Shown: positions 11,926 to 24,549, numbered from the whole stretch's first letter. The stretch: 63,579 nt of DNA, filler included, from Octopus bimaculoides (GCF_001194135.2; 7 parts of 6 records of this genome joined end to end with filler, not necessarily neighbours in it); one strand, 5' to 3'. Program-made: numbers and translations. Notes: generated by a model from the letters alone, not told the origin.

Positions 11926-12311
11926 GTGTGTGTGTGTGTCTGTGTGCACTCATTCACAAGCATGTATGTATTAATTATGATTAAAATTTAAATTTGAAAT
12001 GATTCGTGACAAAAAGTCACATTATTTCTTTCAGATGAGCATTCTTTAANNNNNNNNNNNNNNNNNNNNNNNNNNNNNNNNNNNNNNNNNNNNNNNNNNN
12101 NNNNNNNNNNNNNNNNNNNNNNNNNNNNNNNNNNNNNNNNNNNNNNNNNNNNNNNNNNNNNNNNNNNNNNNNNNNNNNNNNNNNNNNNNNNNNNNNNNNN
12201 NNNNNNNNNNNNNNNNNNNNNNNNGATAAACAAAGAGAAAAATGAAGTGGTATTGAGTCGCATAAGTGCAACGAAACATTTTAATACTTCTTACATAATA
12301 TAATTGTTGTA

Positions 12312-12363
<52 letters not shown>

Positions 12364-12394
12364 TGTACGGATAATATACACACGGTGTGTATGC

Positions 12395-12432
<38 letters not shown>

Positions 12433-12949
12433 ATATTTATGAGTGTGCTAGTGTATGCGAACCAGGGTATATGTATAAGTATAACGCTCTGAAGAAACTA
12501 AGATACTAAATTACGTTAACGCATGATGTAGTAAAGCTTCGCTCTCTTTGCGGAAATAGCTGTAAGCTCATAAATAAATTAAATAACTTGTTTTCCTTTG
12601 CTATTTATTCTTAGCATGAATCTATATTTCTTTTGTGCATTTTTGTTCAGAGCTACAAGCTTACGGTGATATAAGATGCCGTCTTTACAGATACAAAGCT
12701 GTAAACCTGCAAAGTTATAAAAGAATGGTTATACATCCTGCTATGGCAAAGCAGAATTATAATACGCACGTGCGTGCACGCGCGCATGCGAGATTCTATT
12801 TATGAAAGTAATGAACACAAAATGAAAGTAGACATTACATGAGGTACAAGTTTTAACAAACTTATTTAAACAAATATTATGTCAGTTTAATGCTTAAAGG
12901 AAGAGAAAAATCATAACGTTTCGGATGTTTGTCCTTCATATAAAAATAT

Positions 12950-13897
12950 AGAAGAAAAGTGTAGACATGCCCTTTGCATTTTGCAGTGCAAGGCGCCTAC
13001 TGATCAGATGACGAATATTCTCTTGAAGAATTTCTTGCCAAGTTTCATACAGTAATCTCAAAAGGCCTAGCTTTGATGATACTTTCTTTTTTTTTTTTAC
13101 GAAGTGTCCTGTCCATTGTTCCCCAGAGGTGTTCAATAGGGTTCATCTCAGGTGACTTACTTGGACAATGGAAGCGTTTTAATGCCATCCTCTTCCGATC
13201 AATCTTGGGACTTTTTATCCGTGTGACAAGGAGCCCCATCTTCCATAAGTTAAGAATCTCCTTTAATCATTTCACCACTGGAGATTAGGAGTCCTTTCTG
13301 CAATATGGACGCATAATCATCTGAGTTTATGTTTCCCTCACGCTCCATTAGCTATGATGAACCGTTGCTCCAAATTGCTTCCTAGACCATCACAGAATAA
13401 CTACCGTGTTTCATTGTTGGCTGCAAACTTTTCACATCAAATTCTTGATCATAGAGTCTCCACCACTGTCAGAAAATATAGCAAATCTGGACTCATCGGA
13501 GAATGACAGTGCCCCCAAAATGCTAGTGACCTCTCCACCATCTCACTGGCCCAATTTTTTCTCCACTTGATATTGATTGGTTGAAGCAGTGACTACCTTC
13601 TTGCTGCTCTGCCATAGTAGCCAAGTGTGTGGAGATACCTGACATCTTGTTCTGCTGTCAGAGGCCTTGCAACGAGGATTATCCTCCACACTTCTCTTAA
13701 CAAAGCGAAGGGTCCTGTCAGAGGGACCTAGGCGAGGTGATGTGGACTCCTTACCCTCTCTGGTGAATTGCTTGTACAATCACTCAATTAACTGTAGAAG
13801 GTGGGATCCTAGGGTTTCTGCGATTTTATGCAGATTGACGCACAATACGGCATCTTTGAAATTTGGACAGTTCCAAGGATTATTTTGTACGTGGCAT
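12950..13897 (-). pseudogene. Tc1-like (DD34E-type) transposase pseudogene
   Basis: Starts MPRTK*SLELSKFQR at 13897. Contains an HTH region (IAETLGIPPSTVN), FSDESRF, MEDGAPCHT and SKSPEMNPIEHLW. Many stops and frameshifts. Confidence 0.9.
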
Positions 13898-14038
13898 GAT
13901 TAAACAGTCACATCTAGAACCTTAAACACAGAAATGTCAATTAATTAAAGATATAAACCCTTTCAAGTTAAAATAAACAAGAAACGATGTTTTATGAGGT
14001 GTCTGTTTACCTGTCACCTCTGTGTATATATATATATA

Positions 14039-14354
14039 GGCGCGTGGCTTAGTGGTTAGAGCATTCAGTTCAGGATCGTAAGGTCCTGGGTTCAATTCCC
14101 GGCGATGCGTTGTGTCCTTGAGCAAGACACTTTATTTCACGTTGCACCAGTCCACTCAGCTAGCAAAAATGAGTAGTACCTGTATTTCAAAGGGCCGGCC
14201 TTGTCACCATATGTATCACGCTGAGTCTCCCTGAGAACTACGATTGGGGTACACGTGTCTTTGGATTGCTCAGTCACTTGCAAGTTAATTTCATGAGCAG
14301 GCTGTTCCGTTGATCGTATCAACTGGGACCCTCGTTGTCGTAACCGACAGAGTG

Positions 14355-14358
<4 letters not shown>
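14039..14358 (+). mobile_element. tRNA-headed SINE with central domain and shared 3' module
   Basis: A box tggcttagtggttagagc, B box gggttcaattccc, then gtgtccttgagcaagacact. The 3' half is homologous to that of the 25723 and 26570 SINEs. Confidence 0.85.
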
Positions 14359-14407
<49 letters not shown>

Positions 14408-14409
14408 AT

Positions 14410-14556
14410 ATGACGGCTTCTTTCCGTTTCCGTCTACCAAATCCATTTACAAGGCTTTGGCCAACCCGAGGCTATAGAAAAAGACACTTGCTCTAGTTGT
14501 CACGTAGTGGGACTGAACCACAAACCATGTGGTTGAGAAGTAAGCTTCTTACCACA
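14410..14556 (-). mobile_element. SINE head module A
   Basis: Homologous to 6-166. Confidence 0.85.
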
Positions 14557-15004
14557 CAATATATGTATGTATGCATGTATGTATGTATGCATGTATGTAT
14601 GTATGATGTATATATTATGATGTATGTATGTATGTGTGTGTCTATGTATCCATCAATTAGTCGCCCCCAACTCTGTGATTTGGGTTCATATTTTATATCT
14701 TGGAGTCAAGTAGGCCATATTTACAGTTGTTCAAGATCTCATTTTTTTTCTTTTCTCCCCCTCAACCCATAAAGCCGTCATCACTACTTATCTTTCCTTA
14801 GTTGATTAAATCAGACTCTTTGAAATTGTCAACTGATAGCACTTCCTATACAATTAGAGTGGAGCTTGATATACACAAACACACACACACATATAAATAC
14901 GTGTGTGTATGTATGTATGTATGTATGTATGTGCATATATACATATACGTGTGTGTGTATATATATGTAAATATTGTATGTATGTGTGTATATATGTACA
15001 TGCT

Positions 15005-15060
<56 letters not shown>

Positions 15061-15124
15061 CATATACATTACAAGCATGCATACATACATACACACACAT
15101 ACATGCATGCACACATACATACAT

Positions 15125-16260
15125 ACTGCTGGACTCTTGCTTCGACGAATAGTGGTTTAGCAAGACACAGCTACGCATCGTTTTTGTTTGACGTTTTGCC
15201 TCGTTGTCTCATCTGTGAATACAGACCAATGCTGGATGTTCAGATCCGGCTGCAGACGTTGCAATAGTAGTCTCCGTCAATTGGTTTATAGATTGGCCCC
15301 GATGCTTCAGAGTGCTCCTTTTTGCCTTCGGGGATGTTGATCCTGGTTGCCTCAAAGTAAGAGATAGCTTGGTAACAAGAGCTTTACCGGCTTTATTCAG
15401 TGCTTCTTATTCCTATGTGTTTAGGTTTGTCTTACAAGTTTTAGGCAGGTCTTTAGGGTATCTCTATAATGGAACAGTGAGTTTAGTTAACTGAGTGTCT
15501 TCTATGCGTACTACATGGCCAACCAGACTCAGTTGTGCTTTGATAAGGAAGCTCTCTACGCCTAGAATATCACATTTTCCTACAACTTGTGTTGGGGACT
15601 TCGTTCTGGCACTTGATAATGCAAACTAAGCGAGTGCAGCGGAGGTGGAATGAGTTTAGTTATTTAATAGTAGGAAGCGGGTATCTTGAAAATACCTCAC
15701 AGAGTGACGACTGTGTCCTGCATAGTTACAGGCTGCGCTTTGGTAAGGCATAACACCCATTCAATCACCCTGCCAGGGATGCGGCGAAGTCATGGGACTG
15801 CAGCATGGCGGATTGTGAAGAGGTAGCAGAAGACCTCAACGGAGCCAATGGTGCTTCTCACATTGATACTGAGCGGAGATCAACAGTAAGTATCTCGTGA
15901 GTAACTGTAACGTATCCACAAGGATGGCGTCCTTGGTTGTGTAATCAGCTAATGAAGGATTCATTATGATTCAAGCTCCCAATCCAAATTCATAATAATA
16001 AAGGAATTGGATGGCGACAGGAGGTTATGGGGTATCCGCGAAAGCAGCAAAAGGGGAGTCATTTAATAAGGCGGCTTTGTGTGTCCATGTTGATGTCCAG
16101 GTGCTGGCTGGTATAGGACCGCAGTATTCCTCAAGCAGATTTTTAGGCTGACGTCTTTGGCAGCATTAGCAAAACAGTCGACCAACAAATAATTGGATGC
16201 CTTGCAGATAGAATGCTATCAAAAGAAGGTCGTCTGCAGATAGAAATTCTCTTAGAAGCT
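15125..16260 (-). mobile_element. RTE-clade LINE, 3' ~1.1 kb, decayed
   Basis: Reads LLVDCFANAAKDVSLKICLRNTAVLYQPAPG, then ESFLIKAQLSLVGHVVRIED, and ends with a C2H2-like YCNVCSRI*TSSIGLYSQMR before a (TATG)n tail. Confidence 0.85.
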
Positions 16261-17134
16261 GTTCGTTTCAAAGACTTGTGCCAGTTTTCTCGCAGTTCTT
16301 TGTTTTGCTGTTGTCGTTGTTGTAATGTTAATTTGTTATTTTTTGCGTGTGGTTTTTTTTTTTACCTAGTAATGATCCAGTCGACAACTTCGTAATTTCA
16401 GCAAGAAAAGGCCAAAAGTCAAAAGTGAAAGCGAAACATGACGTCAGCGCAGAACCAGCAAAATCAACGAGATTACTTCCCTTGCCACAGCACTCTCACA
16501 CGTTCTTTCATTCTCCTCTTTTCTCCCTTCTCTTCCCTTAACCCACCCTTTATATCCCTAACCGCGCCTCTCGCGACCCACAAACTTCACATTTACCAGA
16601 TGTTGTTAGAAAAATCTTAAACCATGGGGGTAGGCCGATTAAAAGTTTTATTCCTGCCAAAATAGATTCTGCAGTAATATAAAGATGGCGTCACGTCATG
16701 TATTCAGGACCCCACCTAACAGGAACTTAGTTATTCTTGTCTGTATTTTTTGTCTTTTTACCCACGTACACATTAACCAACACCACGACCACCACCACTG
16801 ACTCATCATGAACCATATACTCTGTATCTCTCATACAAAGACTTTACACCTCATTTCCGTCCACCCCGCCTCACAGTTATTTAATAACATAATACTATAA
16901 TACTTCTTGGGTGGCGTAGACAAGTGAACTACGGGAAATTATCGCTGTTGTTCTTTTCATGGTGTCACTGCTGTGATTATTATATGGGTATGTAAGTGTC
17001 TCTGTTTGTGTGTGTGACTGCGTGTGTCTGTCTAAGTGTGTGTGCATTTCCCTACTCCTCGCTTTATTATCTAACTCAAGTGTGCGGTGTTACTTTCAAA
17101 TAAAAGCCACTTGTCGATTCATGTATATAATGTG

Positions 17135-17552
17135 TATTCTTATTCTTTTACTTCTTTCAGTCATTCGACGGCGGCCATGCTGGAGCACCACCTTTAGTCG
17201 AACGAATCGACCCCAGGACTTATTGTTTGTAAAGCCTAGTACTTATTGCCGAATCGCTAAGTTACGTGAACGTAAAGACACCAACATTAGTTGTTAAACA
17301 GATACACGAACATATACATACACACACACACACATAACTTAGCGATTCGGCAATAAGTACTAGGCTTTACAAACAATATATATATATATATNNNNNNNNN
17401 NNNNNNNNNNNNNNNNNNNNNNNNNNNNNNNNNNNNNNNNNNNNNNNNNNNNNNNNNNNNNNNNNNNNNNNNNNNNNNNNNNNNNNGGGGGACTGAAGTC
17501 GGAGCCATGTGGTTGGGAAGCAGGATTCTTATCACACAGCCATACCTGCGCC
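17135..17552 (-). mobile_element. Composite SINE (head A + microsatellite + module B) spanning a gap
   Basis: Module B at 17135-17300 and head A at 17486-17552, both on the minus strand. Confidence 0.7.
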
Positions 17553-17777
17553 TATAATATATATTTTATCTTTTCTTTGTTTCAGTTATTAGTTTCGGGC
17601 CATGCTGGGGCAATACCTTAAGGAATTTTAGTCGAAGTAATTGATCCCAGTACTTCTTTTCGCTTCTTGTTTTTTGTGAAGTATAAGTTTATTTGAGGAA
17701 TAACACCAGGTTATCAGAAACGCTGCGCGCACGTGAAATCTTGACTTACACCCACCCCCCACACATATATATGTAGT

Positions 17778-18057
17778 GAAGGCGCATGGCTCAGTAGTTA
17801 GAGCGTCGGGCTCACAATCATGAGGTAGTGAGTTCGATTCCGGACCGGGCTGAATGTTGTGTTCTTGACACTTTATTTCATGTTGCTCTAGTTCACTCAG
17901 CTGTAGAAATGAGTTGTGACATCATTGGTGCCAAGCTGTGTCGGTCTTTGACTTTCCCTTGGATAACATCGGTGGCGTGGAGATAACAACCTCGCCTCGG
18001 CGAGTGACTTTCTCGGTGCAATCCCATGGTCATTCTTGACCGAAGGAGCTTTTTACT
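17778..18057 (+). mobile_element. tRNA-headed SINE
   Basis: Head tggctcagtagttagagc...gagttcgattcc, with a central domain like 14039 but a different 3' half. Confidence 0.85.
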
Positions 18058-18269
18058 AACACACACATACACACACATTAAGTGCATAAACTAAATAAAA
18101 GATATCGGGACCGATAGTTCCAGTACTCAACTGCCATGTTGCGTGGTGGTTCGTACCTAGTAATCAAACGTGTATTTGTGTTTACTAGATATAAATTTGT
18201 CCTTTTTTTTTTTATCATACACCATTTATTTCCCACCCCCATTCAAGAAAGTTCATACTTCTAAATATT

Positions 18270-18700
18270 GTCCTCGGCGCCATACGATTTCTTTGAGGAT
18301 AAGTTGGCAATGGTCAAGCTCTATGAAGAAAGGCGTAAAGATGTCAGCGATTGCACATGCTTATGGCTATGAAAAGAAGTAAAAATCGTCAAAGATATTG
18401 AGCAACTTTCCCTTTAGCTTACGTCAGACTCGCCAGCATATCTGCATAATCCAGGTGAACAGCAACAACAGGAGGAGACACAGCAACCGAAACCAGAACC
18501 GAGACACTTCATTAAAATGCAGAAAGCTTCTACATGTATGGAGAAATCATTAATCCTTTTCCGAGTAGACAGATGCTAATGCCGAGCGCTTTGGTAAAAT
18601 TATGCGGGCTCTTCACGGCACTTATGTGGGGTTATTCTGAATGACAAAGAAGAGTAAAACCATTCGAAATATTCTAGACAAGTTTTTGCTGCTCGATGAA
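18270..18700 (+). pseudogene. Internally deleted pogo/Tigger-like transposase remnant
   Basis: With frameshifts it reads RRHTISL/EDKLAMVKLYE/GVKMSAIAHAYG (CENP-B-type HTH-like) and, at the end, DANAERFGKI...ILDKF, resembling Tigger C-termini. Confidence 0.5.
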
Positions 18701-19794
18701 AAGTCGACAGTCTGAATTGGAAACACCTGATAGCGAACAGACTTCTATCGATTTCAATGTCAACACTATAATCCGTGCTTCTCCAACTTCCATTTCTGGC
18801 TAATCAAACTCATCGAAGTCACATATCAAGTAAATGTTTGTTTTACTTTTTTATTTCATTTTCTTTCAATTTTTATTGTTGTTTCTTTTGAAATTTTTTC
18901 TTGACATAATATTTTATAAATTTTATGTTTATTTAAATAATTAAATTATAGTACTTTATAGCGACCGGAAGTTTTTTTTTTTCAATGAATTTCAATGAAT
19001 TTTTAACTTTTAATGTTTCTTTTGTGTGTGTGTGTGTGTGTGTGTGTGATGGCGTTTTTCGAGATAAGTCGCCTGTCTAGGAACCAATTAACGACGTAAG
19101 TTGAGGCATGTCTCTCTCTCTCTCTCTTTGTCTCTGTCTCTCTATCTTTCTCTGTCCATCTGTCTGTCTATATGTATATATATAGAGAGAGAGATAGAGA
19201 GAGAAGAGAGAGAGAGAGATGTGCATGTTTATGTATGTGTGCCTGTACACGTATAAAACATAAAAGATGCTTTAAGCAATTAGTAGGGCTCTTCTAGCTT
19301 CACTTTCTTTCTCTCTCTCCGTTCCTCGTTCTCCCTCCCTCTGTAGCATAGGTGGCGCTTTAATCAATTAATGTTAGCAGACGACTTTGAAGGAAAAGCA
19401 AAACCAACAACACTTCCTCACTCCCCTACAAACTATAAATGAAATATAACTTCATNNNNNNNNNNNNNNNNNNNNNNNNNNNNNNNNNNNNNNNNNNNNN
19501 NNNNNNNNNNNNNNNNNNNNNNNNNNNNNNNNNNNNNNNNNNNNNNNNNNNNNNNNNNNNNNNNNNNNNNNNNNNNNNNNNNNNNNNNNNNNNNNNNNNN
19601 NNNNNNNNNNNNNNNNNNNNNNNNNNNNNNNNNNNNNNNNNNNNNNNNNNNNNNNNNNNNNNNNNNNNNNNNNNNNNNNNNNNNNNNNNNNNNNNNNNNN
19701 NNNNNNNNNNNNNNNNNNNNNNNNNNNNNNNNNNNNNNNNNNNNNNNNNNNNNNNNNNNNNNNNNNNNNNNNNNNNNNNNNNNNNNNNNNNNNN

Positions 19795-19844
<50 letters not shown>

Positions 19845-20014
19845 ACACACACACCCCTATCTCTCGTACACGTACACACATACATATACAGTGTGACACT
19901 CATACAATCATTATTGTACATTAACAGACCCAATATTTCTTTCATATTCACATACACGCGCATACGGGTACACGTACACGCACATATACAAACACTAATA
20001 TATATATGTGTGTA

Positions 20015-20046
<32 letters not shown>

Positions 20047-20057
20047 CATACATACAT

Positions 20058-20090
<33 letters not shown>

Positions 20091-20838
20091 CATACACATA
20101 NNNNNNNNNNNNNNNNNNNNNNNNNNNNNNNNNNNNNNNNNNNNNNNNNNNNNNNNNNNNNNNNNNNNNNNNNNNNNNNNNNNNNNNNNNNNNNNNNNNN
20201 NNNNNNNNNNNNNNNNNNNNNNNNNNNNNNNNNNNNNNNNNNNNNNNNNNNNNNNNNNNNNNNNNNNNNNNNNNNNNNNNNNNNNNNNNNNNNNNNNNNN
20301 NNNNNNNNNNNNNNNNNNNNNNNNNNNNNNNNNNNNNNNNNNNNNNNNNNNNNNNNNNNNNNNNNNNNNNNNNNNNNNNNNNNNNNNNNNNNNNNNNNNN
20401 NNNNNNNNNNNNNNNNNNNNNNNNNNNNNNNNNNNNNNNNNNNNNNNNNNNNNNNNNNNNNNNNNNNNNNNNNNNNNNNNNNNNNNNNNNNNNNNNNNNN
20501 NNNNNNNNNNNNNNNNNNNNNNNNNNNNNNNNNNNNNNNNNNNNNNNNNNNNNNNNNNNNNNNNNNNNNNNNNNNNNNNNNNNNNNNNNNNNNNNNNNNN
20601 NNNNNNNNNNNNNNNNNNNNNNNNNNNNNNNNNNNNNNNNNNNNNNNNNNNNNNNNNNNNNNATACACATACATATATATATATACATACACATACATAT
20701 ATATATATACATACACATACATATATATATATACATACACATATATATATATATATATATACATACACATACATATATATATACATACACATACATATAC
20801 ATATATATATACATACACATATATATATATATATATAT

Positions 20839-20901
<63 letters not shown>

Positions 20902-21186
20902 TAAACGTACACATACGAAATGACACATACGCATGCCATACGTACATATACACACAATCACATACATGCAACGAGGCACACGTACATTGTACTGCGCGCG
21001 CACACACTGTGTCAAAGTGCCATACTCTATCAACTACACTGTAGAAGGCTTACACCGTGTCACATAAAGACACAACCATACACATATGAACACAGTGTCA
21101 CGCGTACACACAATGTATTACACCTGCACGCATACAGCTATGATGTCGGATTACATTCTTGGATATTTACATACACACACACACAC

Positions 21187-21342
21187 AGGCGGGGCTGTTG
21201 TAGTAAGGTTAATTCCGAAGCACGTCGTCCCGGGTTCAGTCCTACTGCGTGGCATCTTGGGCAAGTGTCTTCTACTATAGCTCCGGACTGATCAAAGCCT
21301 TGTCAGTGGATTTCGTAGACGAAAACTGAAAAAAAGCCGACC
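21187..21342 (+). mobile_element. SINE head module A
   Basis: ccgggttcagtcctactgcgtggcatcttgggcaagtgtcttctactatag. Confidence 0.85.
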
Positions 21343-21370
21343 ATACATACATGCATGCATACATATATAC

Positions 21371-21422
<52 letters not shown>

Positions 21423-21437
21423 ATGTGTGCATATATA

Positions 21438-21564
21438 CAGGGTGTCCACAAAGTTTGGGTACATGGGGATTGACACATACTTTAAGAAATTATTATTTCT
21501 TATATTTAATTGTTTATGTTATGATTTTATTTACTCCATGTACCCAGACCTTGTGGACACCCTG
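21438..21564. mobile_element. 127-bp Tc1/mariner-type MITE
   Basis: 29-bp TIRs cagggtgtccacaa(a/g)gt(t/c)tgggtacatgg with 2 mismatches. TA flanks at 21436-37 and 21565-66. Confidence 0.92.
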
Positions 21565-21631
21565 TATGTATATATTTTTATATATATGTATATATACATG
21601 TACATTTATATATATACGTATATATATATAT

Positions 21632-21666
<35 letters not shown>

Positions 21667-21964
21667 AGTAAAAATAAATACAAAAAAGGTGGGTTTTTTG
21701 TATGATTGTGTATAGAGGAATATATTATTATGTTTAAAGGAGTTCCAACACTGTCTGTTTTTTATGTTTTATTTACATTCCTGCAGAACCAATGTGGGGT
21801 ATAGAATATGGAATATACAATATATAATATAATATAATATACAATATATAATATAAAATAAAATAAAATAAAAATGGATGGCACCATGAAATAAAGTATT
21901 GAATGTAGATGAAATATTGAGTGTTCAATATAAAGGATCAAATATATAAATATAAATATATAAA

Positions 21965-22004
21965 GGCGACTCGAGTTTCAGGGCTATTTCCCTTCGTCAT
22001 GGCC
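21965..22004 (-). ncRNA. Minimal type-I hammerhead-ribozyme-like motif
   Basis: The minus strand reads ggc C(A)TGACGA aggg-aaatag-ccct GAAA C-tcga-G TC gcc. All three stems pair and the stem III region is palindromic (CUCGAG). There is one extra A in the core. Confidence 0.65.
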
Positions 22005-22259
22005 GGTATGACAGACTTTAACAATATATATATATATTGTTCACAAATGAGATTCAGAGATTCTCCGCATAGAAGACACTTAATAGTGCTCAAAAGATTT
22101 CAGGCTTGCACACGCACGCACGCACGCACGCACACAAAAGTAGTTAGCTATTCTAGTGTCATTTTAAAGTCCAACCATTTTAATACGGTCACTTAAATTG
22201 TGTCTGCTTCAGTCCAGTGAACATCAATGGATTTGCAGAAGGGAAATGGATGGACGGGC

Positions 22260-22346
22260 GGATGAGGTGGTGGTGGTGGTGGTGGTAGGATCCCTGAGTG
22301 GTAGGGAGGTGGGGGTAAAGGCCATAACAGCAAAATCAACAACCGT

Positions 22347-22397
<51 letters not shown>

Positions 22398-22423
22398 CAT
22401 CACTGTCGCTGTTACTGCTGCTG

Positions 22424-22454
<31 letters not shown>

Positions 22455-22455
22455 C
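22260..22455. repeat. (GGT)n and (CTA)n microsatellites
   Basis: Directly visible. Confidence 0.95.
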
Positions 22456-22884
22456 CCCTCAAATTGGATAAATAGATAAATATATGACTTCGTTTTAAAC
22501 AACCAATCTCTCTTGTCATTAGTTAATTGTGTTTCGTCTGATCAGCTCCCCCAGGTGGTGGTGTGACAATGATGGTAGTTGCGACTGTGTTGGTTTTGGT
22601 GTTAGTGGTACTGGTGGTTGAGGCGGCCGTGGTGACACTAGCAGATGTGGTGGTGATGGGAGGTAGAATAGGCGCGGCAGTGATGCCGGCGGTGGCTTCA
22701 TGCCATTCAATCCCGCCATCCTTTCTCTCCTTAACGCCTTGCTTCCTCGCCGATTCAGTCATTTAGAGATTTGATATCAAAAGCATGGTTGATGTAGTCA
22801 CAAATACACCTGGAGATATGACTACGTTAATTTAGTCATGATACACTCCAGTGGTGCTGTAGGAATACATAAATATAATTGTGC

Positions 22885-22938
<54 letters not shown>

Positions 22939-22982
22939 NNNNNNNNNNNNNNNNNNNNNNNNNNNNNNNNNNNNNNNNNNNN

Positions 22983-22994
22983 TTAATTAATTAA
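22983..22994. other. Artificial scaffold spacer TTAATTAATTAA in a 100-nt gap; also at 29263, 33282, 34935, 53924 and 58334
   Basis: An identical 12-mer centred in N runs, six times (44 N on each side counted at 22983). It has stop codons in all six frames. Confidence 0.95.
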
Positions 22995-23038
22995 NNNNNN
23001 NNNNNNNNNNNNNNNNNNNNNNNNNNNNNNNNNNNNNN

Positions 23039-23078
<40 letters not shown>

Positions 23079-23559
23079 AGGGAGATAGATAGATAGATAG
23101 ATAGATAGATACTACAAAGACGTGTGTCTCTGTTTTATCCATCAATATATATGTACGCCCGTTTGTCTTTTGAGCGTGTGAGAATATAATAATTCTCGTC
23201 TGTGAGCCTGTCTGTGACTGCGTGTGAATAAACTTTTGTACGTCACCTATAATTCTCAATGACAGCATGAGCGCGCGCACATGGTGTGTGTGTGTGGATA
23301 TATGTATGTGTGTATGAGTGATTGCTAATCTATCTGCTTTGTGAAGGTATGTTTACACCCGAATTAAGAGGATATGGCTGTGAACACAAAGAGCAGTAAA
23401 TCAATTTTTACACAATTTCTTATTTATTTTCTCCTGCTAACACGAATCGTATTTCTATTACTACACAAATATCTAAGAGCCAACGAGGAAATCGCCACGC
23501 GGTAGTTCGCTCGGCTATAATACAGAGCAGCCAAATCTGCTTCAAATCACACAGTTAAC

Positions 23560-24095
23560 TGCTGATTATCCGGCATTGTTGGAACTTGGAGAGTGCGGAT
23601 TAGCGATTAGCGATTGTTTCTTTGACTCACTGTTAGCAACGAAACGGAGTGACTAGTCTTTCCGTTTTTTTTTTGTTTTTTTATGTCGTAAACTGTCGTA
23701 GATCCAACTTTGTATAATTCACACAATCTTTTCACAGACACACCGCTGTCAAGTTTCTTCAACTGTTCAACTTTTTCTTTTATGGATAATGTACAGTGTT
23801 TACTCTTTACATCATGAGAAGCATTTCCTTTATGCCCTGGAATCATGGCTGGGGCTGAAAATAAAAAAAGGTACAATACTAAATGAAAAAAAAAAAACGA
23901 ACTGAAAAGCCTTGCCTTTGTTTACAAATGATGCGGGTGTGTTTATGCAGCAAGTAACGCCAACAGATCGTAGCGGCCGGTTAGTGCGACGACCCGAGAA
24001 AATTAAAATTATTTGAAACTCTTCTAGCCGAAATTAGTGCCGGATTACTGATTTTGTCGGATTACAGGCTGCCAAATTAGTGGCAGTCTATTGGA
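23560..24095 (-). mobile_element. pogo/Tigger (Jerky-like) non-autonomous element retaining the N-terminal HTH
   Basis: ATG at 23846, reading MIPGHKGNASHDVKSKHCTLSIKEKVEQLKKLDSGVSVKRLCELYKVGSTTVYDIKKQK. Imperfect terminal repeats contain atccggca. Confidence 0.8.
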
Positions 24096-24214
24096 TTATG
24101 GTATTAAATAAACGCAAGAATACATAGGATGATGTATTACAGGTACAACATCGATTTTCAGAAACCTGGGTTCAAAAGCCTATCCGGGTTTAATTTTTAT
24201 TTTTTATTTCATAC

Positions 24215-24508
24215 TTGTTTCAGTTATTAGACTACTGCCATCCTGGAGCACCGCCTTTAGTCGAAGAAATCGACCTCAGGACTTATTCTTTTTAAGCCTA
24301 GTACTTATTCTATCGGTCTCTTTTGGCGAACCGTTAAGTTTCGGGGACATAAACACACCAGCATCGGTTGTCAAGCGATGGTGGGAGGACAAACACAAAC
24401 ACATAAATATATATACATATACATATATATATATATATATATATACATACATACATGCATACATACATACATACACGACGGGCTTCTTTCAGTTTCCGTC
24501 TACCAAAT

Positions 24509-24510
<2 letters not shown>
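24215..24510 (-). mobile_element. Composite SINE: end of head A + microsatellite + module B
   Basis: Module B at 24215-24400, (TA/CATA)n, then the end of module A at 24476-24510. Confidence 0.85.

Positions 24511-24549
<39 letters not shown>

Noticed and set aside
22519-22766. Gly/Val/Thr-rich ORFs
   Set aside because: A decayed (GGT)n tract with stops in the Gly-rich frame.
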